From a virus (lineage: Duplodnaviria; Caudoviricetes), in the IMG/VR virus record IMGVR_UViG_3300041413_000047, positions 14,541 to 78,540 of that record: a DNA stretch of 64,000 bases; one strand, given 5' to 3'. Below are positions 1 through 9,517 of the stretch, piece by piece. Both the position numbers and the translations under genes were made by a program. A model generated the notes under the pieces. That model did not search any database and was not told where the DNA came from. It was given only the letters and a program-made list of their open reading frames with translations. The first letter of the stretch is position 1, and each line of letters opens with the position of its first letter.

Positions 1-1056
1 GTCGAACGTCTTCTCCCCGTACGTGCATGAGCCGCTGATCTCCTCACGCGAGTAGGTCACCTCGTCCTCGGGGTCTGACTCGTCGCGGTCGGGGGCGTCC
101 TCGTCGCCCACGTACTTCAGCCACCTGGCCTTGTCGGCAGACGGAACCCACAGGTAGGCACCAGCACGCCGATCCTTGCGTGATGGGATGAACAGCGACT
201 CGACGTCGCCCGTTGCCGCGCCGACGATGGTCTGACCGACGGTGACCCCCAGTCGGTCGCCTTCGTATCCGGTTGCCTCGCCGTCCAGCCGTCGCGGGGT
301 GTCCCACGTCAGGTGCACGTTGTTGCACCCGGTCTTGACCTTCACGTCCGGGCACGGCCGTTCCGCAGCCGCCGTGCAATGCCACTCGACCAGGACCCTG
401 AAGCCACCCATGAGCGGGAGGTCGTCAGCCTCGCTGATCTGCTGCCAGTGCTGTGGACGCATCAGCATCCAGTTCGCCCGGTCGATCAGATGGAAGGTGT
501 CGTTGTCGGTGATCCAGTTAGCGACGAGGCCAGCTTCGGCGTGGTTACGGGAGCGAGCGCGCACGTTGTCGGGGGACGCGTTGTAGAACTGCGCCTCGCA
601 TCCCAGGCTCAAGCCCCCGCTTCCGTAGACAGTGTTGTCGGGGCGCCGGGTGCGTGTCCTCGTCGCCTTCTCCACGGCGTTTGCGATGCCGGCCTTGTCA
701 CAGAAGCGGGCGACGAAGTCCTTCGTGGCCTTGTGCTTGTCGGACTCTTCGGAAGTCACGGCGTGCGGGGTAGGGAGGTGGGCCGCGCACCAGCGGAGGG
801 TTCCGTCTGGGCAGCGCTGTTTTCGCACGGCCATGTGTGGGCTCTTAACGCCGCTGTGCTCGGCCTTGCATGACTCGCCGTTGGCGCGAGCGACACACAG
901 CAGCAGCTCGCGGTCTCGCTCGCGAACCGGGCGCCTGATCTCCTGCCAGATCTCCTTGACCTGGTCGGCGGTGTACTTCGCGGGGTGTAGCCCGAGGTCT
1001 TCGCGGTTGAGGTTCAGGTCCTCGCCGATACGGGTGTGATGGACGCCGTCTGCCAT
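1..1056 (-). CDS. CoiA-like / PD-(D/E)XK-type nuclease-like protein, 3' end truncated by the window edge
   Basis: Absent from the ORF track because it has no stop in the window. Hand translation from ATG 1056 gives MADGVHHTRIGEDLNLNREDLG..., open to position 1, with RRPDNTVYG..LGCEAQF resembling a PD..ExQ nuclease core and Cys/His-rich N-terminal segments. Confidence 0.55.
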   Translation of the reverse strand, partial: MADGVHHTRIGEDLNLNREDLGLHPAKYTADQVKEIWQEIRRPVRERDRELLLCVARANGESCKAEHSGVKSPHMAVRKQRCPDGTLRWCAAHLPTPHAVTSEESDKHKATKDFVARFCDKAGIANAVEKATRTRTRRPDNTVYGSGGLSLGCEAQFYNASPDNVRARSRNHAEAGLVANWITDNDTFHLIDRANWMLMRPQHWQQISEADDLPLMGGFRVLVEWHCTAAAERPCPDVKVKTGCNNVHLTWDTPRRLDGEATGYEGDRLGVTVGQTIVGAATGDVESLFIPSRKDRRAGAYLWVPSADKARWLKYVGDEDAPDRDESDPEDEVTYSREEISGSCTYGEKTFD

Positions 1057-1119
1057 GAGGTTTCCCCCTCCCTTCCTCCGCCCCGCACCGTCCGTGCGGG
1101 GCATTCGTGCTGCGGTCGG

Positions 1120-1443
1120 TCAGCGGTAGTTGTGGATGACCAGCCAGGCGGGCGCCGGGTGGTCAGTGAGGCCGAGGCTCACGGCCGCCTCATGCAGGGA
1201 CACGCCCCAGTCGGACAGGCCCGGCGGGGTGAAGAACTCCGGCGTCAGGGAGACCACGGCGTTCTCGTCGACTCGCACACAACGGGTCGCGAGGAGCAGC
1301 CGGTCGCAGTCGCCGACGACGATGTAGCCAACGCTGTCCGGGTTGTAGGGCTGGTTCTGGAGCGCGCGGTCGACCTCGTTGACGTCGGTGTGGGGCGGGA
1401 TCTCGATGCCGTAGACGATGTCCACGGAGTGGTAAAGACCCAT
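1120..1443 (-). CDS. hypothetical protein
   Basis: MGLYHSVDIVYG...; GC3-rich codons; packed in the early operon. Confidence 0.7.
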   Translation of the reverse strand: MGLYHSVDIVYGIEIPPHTDVNEVDRALQNQPYNPDSVGYIVVGDCDRLLLATRCVRVDENAVVSLTPEFFTPPGLSDWGVSLHEAAVSLGLTDHPAPAWLVIHNYR

Positions 1444-1552
1444 ATCGGTGCACCTTTCATGTGGTTTTAGGGTTGGCCCGGGCTCGCATGGGGGTGGAGC
1501 CCGGGCCGTGGCGGCCGTGCGGGTGGGGGCCCGCAGGGGAGGAGGCCGCCGG

Positions 1553-1738
1553 TCAGGGGCGGCGCCGGTGGAGGAAGTACGCGGCAACCCACACCGCGGC
1601 CGCGACGAGGGCGCCGACGATCAACGTCGTGAGCGGGGTACCGCCGTCGGCGTACACGACTGCCGCGATCACAGCCCCGGTGAAGAGGGCGAGCGGGAAG
1701 TGCTTCATGAGCACGGTCCGCACGTCGGGTTGCCGCAT
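1553..1738 (-). CDS. small membrane protein
   Basis: Two hydrophobic stretches (FPLALFTGAVIAAVV, LIVGALVAAAVWVAAYFL). Confidence 0.6.
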   Translation of the reverse strand: MRQPDVRTVLMKHFPLALFTGAVIAAVVYADGGTPLTTLIVGALVAAAVWVAAYFLHRRRP

Positions 1739-2019
1739 TTGAGGCCGAGGCGGTGTTCGGTGTCGGCGGTCCACGCGTAGCCGTGGCGCAGGACGACCGC
1801 GCCGAGGACGTACGACGGGTCGTCGAGCTTGTCGGCGTTGTGCTTCAGCTGGGCGAACGTGCCGTTCAGTTCGTTCGCCAACTCCAGCGCGGCGGCCAGG
1901 GTGTCGGCGTTGTGGAGTTCGTCCATGCCGGACACCCACACCGCCCACTCCTGCTCCTCGTAGCCGAGGCGGGTGCGGTTGGGGCCGAACAGTGGGGTGG
2001 CCGGGTCGATGATGTTCAC
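1705..2019 (-). CDS. hypothetical protein
   Basis: GTG start overlaps the upstream stop; MNIIDPATPLFGP... Confidence 0.6.
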   Translation of the reverse strand: MNIIDPATPLFGPNRTRLGYEEQEWAVWVSGMDELHNADTLAAALELANELNGTFAQLKHNADKLDDPSYVLGAVVLRHGYAWTADTEHRLGLKCGNPTCGPCS

Positions 2020-2204
2020 GATGTGCCCTTCGGTTTGCAGGTGTGGGCCCCGATCGGATCGGAGCGAAGGAAGTCGATGACGAGTTGGCGGCCCGTGACT
2101 CGGCGGTGAGTGAGGCAGCGCGCGCACAGGAAGTCGGCCAGCGCGGTCTGCTTCCACTCCATGCGCCGCACGCTGATTCCGCCCAGCCACGAGCCGCCCA
2201 TCAC
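2016..2204 (-). CDS. small Cys-containing hypothetical protein
   Basis: 4-nt overlaps on both sides; CARC motif. Confidence 0.6.
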   Translation of the reverse strand: MMGGSWLGGISVRRMEWKQTALADFLCARCLTHRRVTGRQLVIDFLRSDPIGAHTCKPKGTS

Positions 2205-2827
2205 GCTGCGGCCTCAGCCAGTCGGGCCGCTTCCGCCCGCTCGGCGGCCACCTTCAGCGCCTGCCGCTCCACCTGGTCCGAGATGTGCTCAGGCAGCACG
2301 CACTCCTCGACGTCGCACATGCGGCGCACGCACCCGTACGGCATCTGACCTCGGGATACGAAGAAGCCGATCTGCTTCTTCGTGTACGGCCGGCCCCCGT
2401 AGTCGACGGCCTGTTTGCCGCGCCAGCCGAGGTGCCCGTTCGGGAGGAGGTAGGTGCGTTCTTCCCAGATGGTGTGCAGGGTGCGCCGGTCGACCGCGGC
2501 GAGCGCCTGCCGGATGGCGGTGGCGACTGCGGCCGGGTTCTTGCGCTGTTCGGGTCCGAGGCGCCTGCGGAGGGAGAGGCGCTGCTCTTCGTGTAGTGCA
2601 CCCCACGTGCCGAACTCGACGCCTTCGAGGACTGCCCACAAGCCGCACGCGTCGAGGGAGGGGCAGCGGCGGCATGCTTGTTCGGCGGTCTCGCGGGCGA
2701 GTTTCTCGTGTGCGGTGGCGAACCACAGGTCGGCGCGGCCCTTGAACTGGGGGCGGCGACAGAGGCCGTCAGCACGCCAGTCGTAGGCGGGCTCGAGGTC
2801 GGGGACCTGCCCCGAGTAGGCGTTCAC
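2201..2827 (-). CDS. WhiB-family (Wbl) regulator with an HNH-like C-terminal remnant
   Basis: W..DGLC...C..C....C with GVEFGTWG (G[V/T]WG turn); C-terminus VRRMCDVEECVLPEHI resembles the HNH_3 motif. Confidence 0.8.
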   Translation of the reverse strand: MNAYSGQVPDLEPAYDWRADGLCRRPQFKGRADLWFATAHEKLARETAEQACRRCPSLDACGLWAVLEGVEFGTWGALHEEQRLSLRRRLGPEQRKNPAAVATAIRQALAAVDRRTLHTIWEERTYLLPNGHLGWRGKQAVDYGGRPYTKKQIGFFVSRGQMPYGCVRRMCDVEECVLPEHISDQVERQALKVAAERAEAARLAEAAA

Positions 2828-4278
2828 GACGCCACCGCGGTCGCGCCGATGTCCTCGCCGGTCAGCGCCTCGACAGCCATCGCGACCAGGTCGCGGGCGG
2901 CGTTCGGCGTAACAGCGTTCCCCAGCATCTTCACCCGGGTCCGCTTGTCGACCGGCGTGAGGATGTACTCCTTCGGGAAGTGCATCGCCGCCTGGTACTC
3001 GTGCGGATCCAGCATCCGGTAGCCGCAGTCGTCCACCGACTGGACCTGGCCGCCGTAGATCGCCGCGTGACCCTCGACGGTCGTGACCGTACCGAGTGGT
3101 TCCGCGGCTGGCTGGGCGATGCTGCTGCTGTAGTACGGCAGGACCATGTCCGGGGCCGTGACCAGGAAGTGGTGGTTGCCGCCCGCGGTGACCGTCGACA
3201 GCGGTTCCGTGACGGCCCGGTGTGAGGAGCCCCCGCCGCGCAGCTCGACCACGTAGGGCGGCAGTGCCACGCCGGTCTCGTTGCGGGTGGTCACCGTGCG
3301 CAGCGGGTCGAGGATGTCCATCGGAGGCTTCTCGCGGCCCTCGTTCGGGACGAGGAAGGGGCGGGAGAACTTCTCGTACCCGGCGTTGATGCGGCGCAGA
3401 GTATTGGCCGCGAGCTCGTCCTTGGTGCCCTTGCGTTCACCGATGGTCCGGGCCGGCAGACTCCAGTCGATGATCTGGGCGGCACTACGCACGGCCGGGG
3501 TGACGACCGCGTTACGGCAGGCGACCTGCGGGCATCGCCACACGTACTGGCCGGTCTTCCCGTACCGGCCCCACGGGCGCATCGGCGTGCACATCTTCGT
3601 CGTCTTCCACGCCTGGATCGCCCGGACGGGGCCGTGCATCGGGCACACTGCGGTGGGGCGCAGCCACTTGTCGAAGTCCGGGGCGTGCTCGACCTGCTCG
3701 GGCAGCCAGAACACGTCGTACTTGCGGTCCCGGGACTGGGCTGCGCCGTCGCCGAGCATCGAGGCGAACATGCTGTTGAGGTAGACGGCCTTGTGGGAGT
3801 AGCCGAGCCCGAACTTCATCGTGTACAGCCACGACTCATAGATGGCGCCCGGCCTGGATTTGGGGCCCCACCAGCGGGAGTCGACGACGTTCTCGACGAT
3901 GACGAGGCGGTAGGCGTGCTCCTCGCAGAAGCGGGGCACGTCCCACATGGTGGCGCGGGAGCGGATCTCTGCTTCGCTGACGCCGTCGGGGGCGAACAGG
4001 CCGTCGTCCCACTCGCCGTGGTCGCGCTTCTTGCCCTTGGCGACGGAGTGGTTGGTGCATTCGGGGGATGCCCACAGGATGTCGGTGCGCGGGTAGCGGC
4101 CAGGCACCACCTGTGAGATGTCGGCGCAGTCGTGGCGGGTGTCGGGGTGGTTGGCCTGGTGGGTGTCGATGGCGTGGCGGGAGTGGTTGGCGGCCATGAC
4201 GACTTCGACGCCGGGGATTTGGATGGCGCCGGTGGAGGAGCCGCCGGCTCCACAGAACAGGTCGGTCATGGTGGTCAT
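2824..4278 (-). CDS. DNA (cytosine-5) methyltransferase
   Basis: Motif I DLFCGAGG, motif IV ASPECT, motif VI VENV, QSRDR, and C-terminal LGNAV. Confidence 0.93.
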   Translation of the reverse strand: MTTMTDLFCGAGGSSTGAIQIPGVEVVMAANHSRHAIDTHQANHPDTRHDCADISQVVPGRYPRTDILWASPECTNHSVAKGKKRDHGEWDDGLFAPDGVSEAEIRSRATMWDVPRFCEEHAYRLVIVENVVDSRWWGPKSRPGAIYESWLYTMKFGLGYSHKAVYLNSMFASMLGDGAAQSRDRKYDVFWLPEQVEHAPDFDKWLRPTAVCPMHGPVRAIQAWKTTKMCTPMRPWGRYGKTGQYVWRCPQVACRNAVVTPAVRSAAQIIDWSLPARTIGERKGTKDELAANTLRRINAGYEKFSRPFLVPNEGREKPPMDILDPLRTVTTRNETGVALPPYVVELRGGGSSHRAVTEPLSTVTAGGNHHFLVTAPDMVLPYYSSSIAQPAAEPLGTVTTVEGHAAIYGGQVQSVDDCGYRMLDPHEYQAAMHFPKEYILTPVDKRTRVKMLGNAVTPNAARDLVAMAVEALTGEDIGATAVAS

Positions 4279-4544
4279 GAGCCGTCCTCCTTCCGGTGTT
4301 CGTTGATGGCGTCGCGGAGCTGGTCGAATCCGGCGGCGACTTCGGGGTTGGCGAGGAGGTACTCGTCGAGGTGCGCGTCGAGGTCTTCGAGGAGGCGCAG
4401 TGCGTCCGGGCCGACGTCGTGCCGGGTGCTGGCTTCCGTGATGCGGCGACTGCGCGGGTCGGGCTTTGCGTGGTCGCGGCGGTGCTGCCAGACGAGGCCC
4501 ACGGCGGCGAGGACAGCGATGATGCAGGCGGCGAGGACGGTCAT
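4275..4544 (-). CDS. small membrane-anchored protein
   Basis: MTVLAACIIAVLAAVGLVW N-terminal TM segment; coupled overlaps. Confidence 0.65.
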   Translation of the reverse strand: MTVLAACIIAVLAAVGLVWQHRRDHAKPDPRSRRITEASTRHDVGPDALRLLEDLDAHLDEYLLANPEVAAGFDQLRDAINEHRKEDGS

Positions 4545-5164
4545 CGGGACACCGCCGGGAGGTTGTGCCACTCGACGCCGCGCAGTGCCTGCTCCGCCCA
4601 CGCGTCCGGGACTTCGGCCAGGACGTGGCCGAGGGAGTGGAGGCCGAGGGCGAGGAGGATGTACGCGTCGCTCTGGTCGTAGCGGTGCTTGCCCTCGGTC
4701 AGCAGCCCGTACCGCTCGTGTACGGCGTCGCGGACCATGCCCTTGCCGATCTCGTACCGCTTGTTCTTCGGGACCGTGGTGGGGACGGGGCGCGCCTTGC
4801 CGGTGGCGTACACGTTGCGGGACTGCGGGTTGATGACGGCGTACGGGATGCCGCGCTTCCACAGGTCTTGGCGGACCATCCAGCGGAGGGCGGCGAGGGC
4901 GTCGGCGCCGGTGTTGTTCTTCGAGTAGGCGGGGCCTTCGATGATCACGTAGTCGGCGTTGCGGTAGAAGGTGGCGCAGCCTTCGAGTTGCTGGTTGAAG
5001 CGTTCGTGGAGGTTCTTCGCGGGGGCGTGGACGTAGTCGGTCCAGCCGACGCCTGCGACTCCGGTGACGATGGTCGCGGCGTCGAGGCCGATGACGAGGG
5101 GCCGCGGGCCGGCCGCCACGGGGACGGCCGGAACCTCGGGGGCGAGGTCGAAGAGGGCGGTCAT
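4541..5164 (-). CDS. RuvC-like Holliday junction resolvase
   Basis: VIGLDA..TGVA, VIIEG and DQSDA acidic catalytic pattern. Confidence 0.8.
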   Translation of the reverse strand: MTALFDLAPEVPAVPVAAGPRPLVIGLDAATIVTGVAGVGWTDYVHAPAKNLHERFNQQLEGCATFYRNADYVIIEGPAYSKNNTGADALAALRWMVRQDLWKRGIPYAVINPQSRNVYATGKARPVPTTVPKNKRYEIGKGMVRDAVHERYGLLTEGKHRYDQSDAYILLALGLHSLGHVLAEVPDAWAEQALRGVEWHNLPAVSR

Positions 5165-5631
5165 GGGCGGGTCCCCCCGATGGTTGGGGTGTTGGCGCGG
5201 GCCGAATCCCTGCGCCGGCGCGCGGATTCTCTGCGGCAGGCCCGGCAATCGCGCCACCCGTTCTTGACGAGGATGGTGTTCGCCTCGTCGTACCGGTGGC
5301 CCTGCGGGCAGTGTGTTTTCTGCCTGTTGATGGACGAAAAGCTTTCGCCGCGGCGCACGTTCTCGGCGTTCGTAACCGGCTCAAGGTGGGCCGGGTTCAC
5401 GCACGCCCGGTTGCGGCACAGGTGGTCGATGTACAGCCCGTCCGGTATCGGACCGACGAGGATCATGTACGCAGCGCGATGGGCGTTGATCGTTGGCGAG
5501 CCGCCTTTGCCGAGGCGCATGCGCCCGTAACCGGACTGGGGGTGAAGAGATCCAGTCCAGAGCCAACACCCGTCAGTTTTGGCCACCTTCGACCAGAAGC
5601 GGACTTCCAGGGGTTTCGCCTTAGGGGCCAT
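5161..5631 (-). CDS. HNH endonuclease
   Basis: RFWSKV..TDGCWLWTG, AHRAAY, IDHLCRNRACVNPAHLEPVTNAEN, THCPQGH. Confidence 0.93.
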   Translation of the reverse strand: MAPKAKPLEVRFWSKVAKTDGCWLWTGSLHPQSGYGRMRLGKGGSPTINAHRAAYMILVGPIPDGLYIDHLCRNRACVNPAHLEPVTNAENVRRGESFSSINRQKTHCPQGHRYDEANTILVKNGWRDCRACRRESARRRRDSARANTPTIGGTRP

Positions 5632-5948
5632 CAGGACTCCCTCTGCGCAGCTTGGAAACAACGTCCGCAGATCCAGCCGTCCGGGTAGAGGGCGCCGGAC
5701 TCGTAGCGGAAGTCGTTCGGGCACCACTGCCAGGTGCGCGGCGGGTCCGTGTCGTACGGAGCGGCGTACTCGGCCTCGTACTTGAGGAGTTCGTCGAGCG
5801 GCACGACCTCGGCGACCAGCTCGGCGGCGTGCGAGCGGCGGTGCCGGGCCGGTTCGGCGGGCTGCGTCACCCACCAGCGGGCCACCCGGGCGGCGGCAGC
5901 GAGGTCGACCATGAGGACCATCGCGCCGGCAGTGATTCGGTCGTTCAC
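5631..5948 (-). CDS. hypothetical protein with C-terminal CxxC
   Basis: Coupled ORF; WQWCP...WICGRC. Confidence 0.6.
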   Translation of the reverse strand: MNDRITAGAMVLMVDLAAAARVARWWVTQPAEPARHRRSHAAELVAEVVPLDELLKYEAEYAAPYDTDPPRTWQWCPNDFRYESGALYPDGWICGRCFQAAQRES

Positions 5949-6421
5949 GACGTCACCGCCCCGTCGGGCTTCGGCGTCTCGTAGCCGGGCTGCCATACCG
6001 AGCTGTCGAGGAGGCCGCCGGGCGGCATACCGGGCGCGTTGTCCAACTCCTTCTGCAGGTGGTCGCCGCGCTTGCGTTCCCGCCTCATCTCGGCCCTTGC
6101 GATGGCGGCTTCCTCGCGCGCCTTGGCTGCGGCCTTCTGGAGGGCGGCGATCCTCTCCGCGGTACGCTTCGCGGCCGCCGGGTTGAATCCGTTCGCGACC
6201 TGCGCCTCGGCGAGCCGGTCGCCGAGCGCCTTGTTGCGGCCGGTCAGGCGGGTGTTCGCGGCGTCAAGTTCGGCATGCTGGCGGGTGATGCTGCGCCGGG
6301 CTTCGATCTCCGTGGCGGTGCGGGCTTCGGCCTTGACTGCGCGCGCACGCTGACGGTTGGTCTCCGCGCGGGCGGCGGCGAGTTCCTCGTCGTGGCGGCG
6401 GCGGGAGATGAACCAGCTCAT
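5945..6421 (-). CDS. coiled-coil hypothetical protein
   Basis: MSWFISRRRHDEELAAARAE...; heptad-rich; ATGA coupling. Confidence 0.7.
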   Translation of the reverse strand: MSWFISRRRHDEELAAARAETNRQRARAVKAEARTATEIEARRSITRQHAELDAANTRLTGRNKALGDRLAEAQVANGFNPAAAKRTAERIAALQKAAAKAREEAAIARAEMRRERKRGDHLQKELDNAPGMPPGGLLDSSVWQPGYETPKPDGAVTS

Positions 6422-7230
6422 GCCGCACCGCCGACCGGGCGCAGCGGCCATGAGCCGTCGATGACGACGTTCGGGTCCGTCTTGCGGAAGTGCTCCTGCA
6501 ACCCGGCGGCCCGCTCGGCAGCCCACCCGATCTGGCGGCGGTGCAACTCCTCGACATCGACGCCCGCGAGGTCGTCGAACCGGTCGTACGGGCCACGACT
6601 GTTGCGCAGGTTCTGCACCCACTCGGGGCGCTGATCGCGCGGGCGGCTGGCGATGTTGCCCATGTGCCAGGCGGCGCGCGCCGACATCAGCGCGTCGTAC
6701 GTTGCGCCGTGCGCCTGCTCGTCGTCCCAGCCCAGGCGATAGGTCTGGGCGGTGGTCTTCATCTCGTACGCGCCCTGGTCCTTCGACACGCGACGGCGGT
6801 AGGGCGCGGCCCACCAGTCGAGGATCATCGTGTCGATGACGCGGGTGAGCGGGGCCCGGCAGATCCCCTCCAGGGAGTCGCCGAGGTGGCGCAGGCATTC
6901 GTGGTTGAGGAGGTTGAGGTCGTAGCTGCCGAGGTTGTGGCCGACGAGCGGCGTGCCGGCCGCAACGACTTCGGCAATGGCTTTCGCGATCTCGCCGACG
7001 CCTTGCTCTGCGACCATGCCGTGTTCGGCCGCGTACTCGTTGGTGATCTTGTGCTTCTCGATCGCGCCCGGCTCCATCGGGATGCCCGGGTTGAGGAGCC
7101 ATTCGCGGGTGTCGGCGGGCTGTCCGCCGCCGACGAGGATGAGCGCGCAGGTCACGATCCGCGCGGACTCGGGGTGTTTGTCAGAGCTCTCGAAGTCGAG
7201 GGCGGCCATGCGGCCGAGGTACCAGCTCAT
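6418..7230 (-). CDS. DEDDh 3'-5' exonuclease (DnaQ-like)
   Basis: ExoI ALDFES, ExoII GHNLGSYD, ExoIII HGATYDA. Confidence 0.9.
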   Translation of the reverse strand: MSWYLGRMAALDFESSDKHPESARIVTCALILVGGGQPADTREWLLNPGIPMEPGAIEKHKITNEYAAEHGMVAEQGVGEIAKAIAEVVAAGTPLVGHNLGSYDLNLLNHECLRHLGDSLEGICRAPLTRVIDTMILDWWAAPYRRRVSKDQGAYEMKTTAQTYRLGWDDEQAHGATYDALMSARAAWHMGNIASRPRDQRPEWVQNLRNSRGPYDRFDDLAGVDVEELHRRQIGWAAERAAGLQEHFRKTDPNVVIDGSWPLRPVGGAA

Positions 7231-7317
7231 GGGGTGGCTCTCCGTTCGGTGGTGTGGTCTTCTGAACCGGGCCGCCCCGCCTGATATCGGCGGGCGGGGC
7301 GGCCACCTACTGGCCGG

Positions 7318-8187
7318 TCAGGCCTTGGAGCCGGGCTGCGCGGCCTCAGGCCAGTTGGCCGAGCCCTCAGCCGCCACGGGCGCCGACGCCTGCTTGTTGA
7401 TCTCGTCGACCGTCACTCGCGGCAGCGGGAACTCCTCGTCCGCCGTCACCTCGCCGCGCTGGATCGACTGGAACGCCACCAACAGCTGCGCCACGTCGTG
7501 CTCCGTCCACTTCCCTGACGGCCGGCCCAACTTCGTCTCGATGCGGTCCTGCGTGACCCCGACGCCCTCGAACGCCCGGATGGCGTCGGCGATGCGCTGC
7601 GGGAGCGGCTTGCCGCCACCGTCGGCCAGCGTCTTAGTGCAGATCTGCTTGGCCTCTTCGACGAACCACGGCGGGAGGATCGCGAAGATCGCCTCACGGA
7701 CGCGGCGGGCACCGTTGTTCGCGTTGTTCTCGTAGATGTCCCGCATGTCGGTGAGCTGCTTCGGGCCGCCCTTCTGGTCCCTCTTGTGAGGCACGATGAA
7801 CGTCGAGGAGTTGCGGGAGTTCTTCTCGACGTCCCAGGCGAACGCCTGCATCTCGGACTGCCCGAACTCGTCGTCGCGGCGCATCTCGACGAGGCCGTAC
7901 TGGATGTTGCCCCAGCAGCGGGCCAGCTCGCGGGCGAGGTGGACGGAGGCGCCGGTGATGTTCCCGGAGCCGCGGGAGTAGCGGAAGAAGGCGCGCTCGG
8001 CGAGGAACATCTGCTGGCAGGACTGCCGCATCTCGGAGATCGCCGAGTTGATGTCGCGGGGCACCTGCTGGGCGACGACGATCGCGGCCTGGACTTCGGC
8101 GACGGCGCGGGACTGCTCGACAGCCGTCCCTTGGCCGATGCGGGCCGGTACGGCGGCCGGGGCCGGGCGCTCGACGGGGTAGTTCAC
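7318..8187 (-). CDS. probable ssDNA-annealing recombinase (exo/recombinase pair partner)
   Basis: Directly downstream of the RecE-like exonuclease; size and GASVHLARELARCWGNIQYG segment recall phage SSAP-like proteins. The family is inferred from context. Confidence 0.6.
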   Translation of the reverse strand: MNYPVERPAPAAVPARIGQGTAVEQSRAVAEVQAAIVVAQQVPRDINSAISEMRQSCQQMFLAERAFFRYSRGSGNITGASVHLARELARCWGNIQYGLVEMRRDDEFGQSEMQAFAWDVEKNSRNSSTFIVPHKRDQKGGPKQLTDMRDIYENNANNGARRVREAIFAILPPWFVEEAKQICTKTLADGGGKPLPQRIADAIRAFEGVGVTQDRIETKLGRPSGKWTEHDVAQLLVAFQSIQRGEVTADEEFPLPRVTVDEINKQASAPVAAEGSANWPEAAQPGSKA

Positions 8188-9047
8188 AGGTACTCCTCGG
8201 TGTCACGGATGGCGGCCCAAGCGGGCAGGGAGAGGTAGGCGATTTCGTTGCTGTAGCCGGGCCAGACACCCGACTCGGTGCACTCGGCGAAGACTTCGAG
8301 GGCGCGCCGGTTACGGGCGGCGCCGATACGGCGGGCCTCGGCGTCCATCTCGACGACCGTCACGATGTACGGGGCCGTCTTCTCCTGGCAGACGAAGACG
8401 AACGCAGCCGTCTCGTCGGCGAGACCGAGCGCCCGGGCGGCGGCCCGGTACCAGTCGTCTTGCTGGTGGTAGCCGAAGTCCTCCACCGCCCGGGCGAGCG
8501 CGGCCGGTTCAGCGGATCGGCAGGTCTTGTAGTCGGGGATGATGAGCCGGCCGGAGCGGGCGTCGGGCAGCCAGTCGAACCGGGCCCGCCGCATCACGCC
8601 GGTGGGGCGGTCGCGCCAGAACAGGGACTGCTCCGGCTTTCCGCGCGCCGGGTCGAACAGGACCGACGCGATGGGGTGGCGGCGCAGGGCGTCGGCCATC
8701 GAGTGGACTTGCTCGTACTCGGCTGGCTTGAGGGGGATGCCGCCTTCGTCGCGGATCGCGGCGACCTCGGCTTTGACGGCTGCTGTCGTCCACTTGTCGG
8801 CGTCGACCTGGACGAGGTCGGGGCCTTCGCCGAGCACCAGCTTGTGCGCGGCCGTGCCCAGCTCGAACGTCTTCTTCGGCTCGGGCGGGGTGTCCTGTGC
8901 GTGCCGGAACAGGGCGGGGCAGGACGGCGGGAGGAGCAGGCGGGCGCCGGAGGAGGAGAGGCTGCCGCGGTCGGCGTGGTACTCCTCGTTGGTCATCTGG
9001 TAGATGCCGGGCTCGGTGATGCCGGTGGTCTCGGCGACGGTTGCCAT
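8184..9047 (-). CDS. PD-(D/E)XK exonuclease (RecE / ExoVIII-like)
   Basis: YHAD..LSSSG, GTAAH.LVL, RARFDWL, IPDYKT, YHQQ..WY. Confidence 0.88.
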   Translation of the reverse strand: MATVAETTGITEPGIYQMTNEEYHADRGSLSSSGARLLLPPSCPALFRHAQDTPPEPKKTFELGTAAHKLVLGEGPDLVQVDADKWTTAAVKAEVAAIRDEGGIPLKPAEYEQVHSMADALRRHPIASVLFDPARGKPEQSLFWRDRPTGVMRRARFDWLPDARSGRLIIPDYKTCRSAEPAALARAVEDFGYHQQDDWYRAAARALGLADETAAFVFVCQEKTAPYIVTVVEMDAEARRIGAARNRRALEVFAECTESGVWPGYSNEIAYLSLPAWAAIRDTEEYL

Positions 9048-9517
9048 CAGGCGGAACCGCCCTTCTCGCAGTAGGTGTAGTAGCGGCGCGGGGTGTCGCC
9101 GCCGTGGAGGTCGAGGTGACCGTCGCGGTGCAGAGCGGCGAGGTAGCGGCGCACGGTGAAGCGGAGGACGTGCGTGCCGAGGAGTTGGTGCCACGTGCGC
9201 CTCACGCGGCCGGTGGTCCACTCCCCGCCCTCCGCCCGGATCGCCTCCAGGACCAACTTCCGGACGCTGCGCACCGGGCGGGCGGGGCCGGGGTTCCTGC
9301 TGAGCTGGTAGAAGCGGCGCCCGCAGTGTTCGGCGGGTACGAGGTAGGCGCGCCGGGCGAGGTCCCGGAGGTCGCGGCGGGCGGTGTTCCTGCCGGTCGT
9401 GGCCCACTCGCGGGACTTGGCATAGATATCCAGGGCCCGCTTGGTGGTGACGGGGCCGCCACCGAAGCGCCGGACGGCGGCGAGGAGGTACTCGCGGCGG
9501 ATGGTGGTGTCGGTCAC
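9047..9517 (-). CDS. tandem winged-helix DNA-binding protein
   Basis: Two similar wHTH-like halves (TARRDLRDLARRAYL and TVRRYLAALHRDGHL). Confidence 0.65.
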   Translation of the reverse strand: MTDTTIRREYLLAAVRRFGGGPVTTKRALDIYAKSREWATTGRNTARRDLRDLARRAYLVPAEHCGRRFYQLSRNPGPARPVRSVRKLVLEAIRAEGGEWTTGRVRRTWHQLLGTHVLRFTVRRYLAALHRDGHLDLHGGDTPRRYYTYCEKGGSA

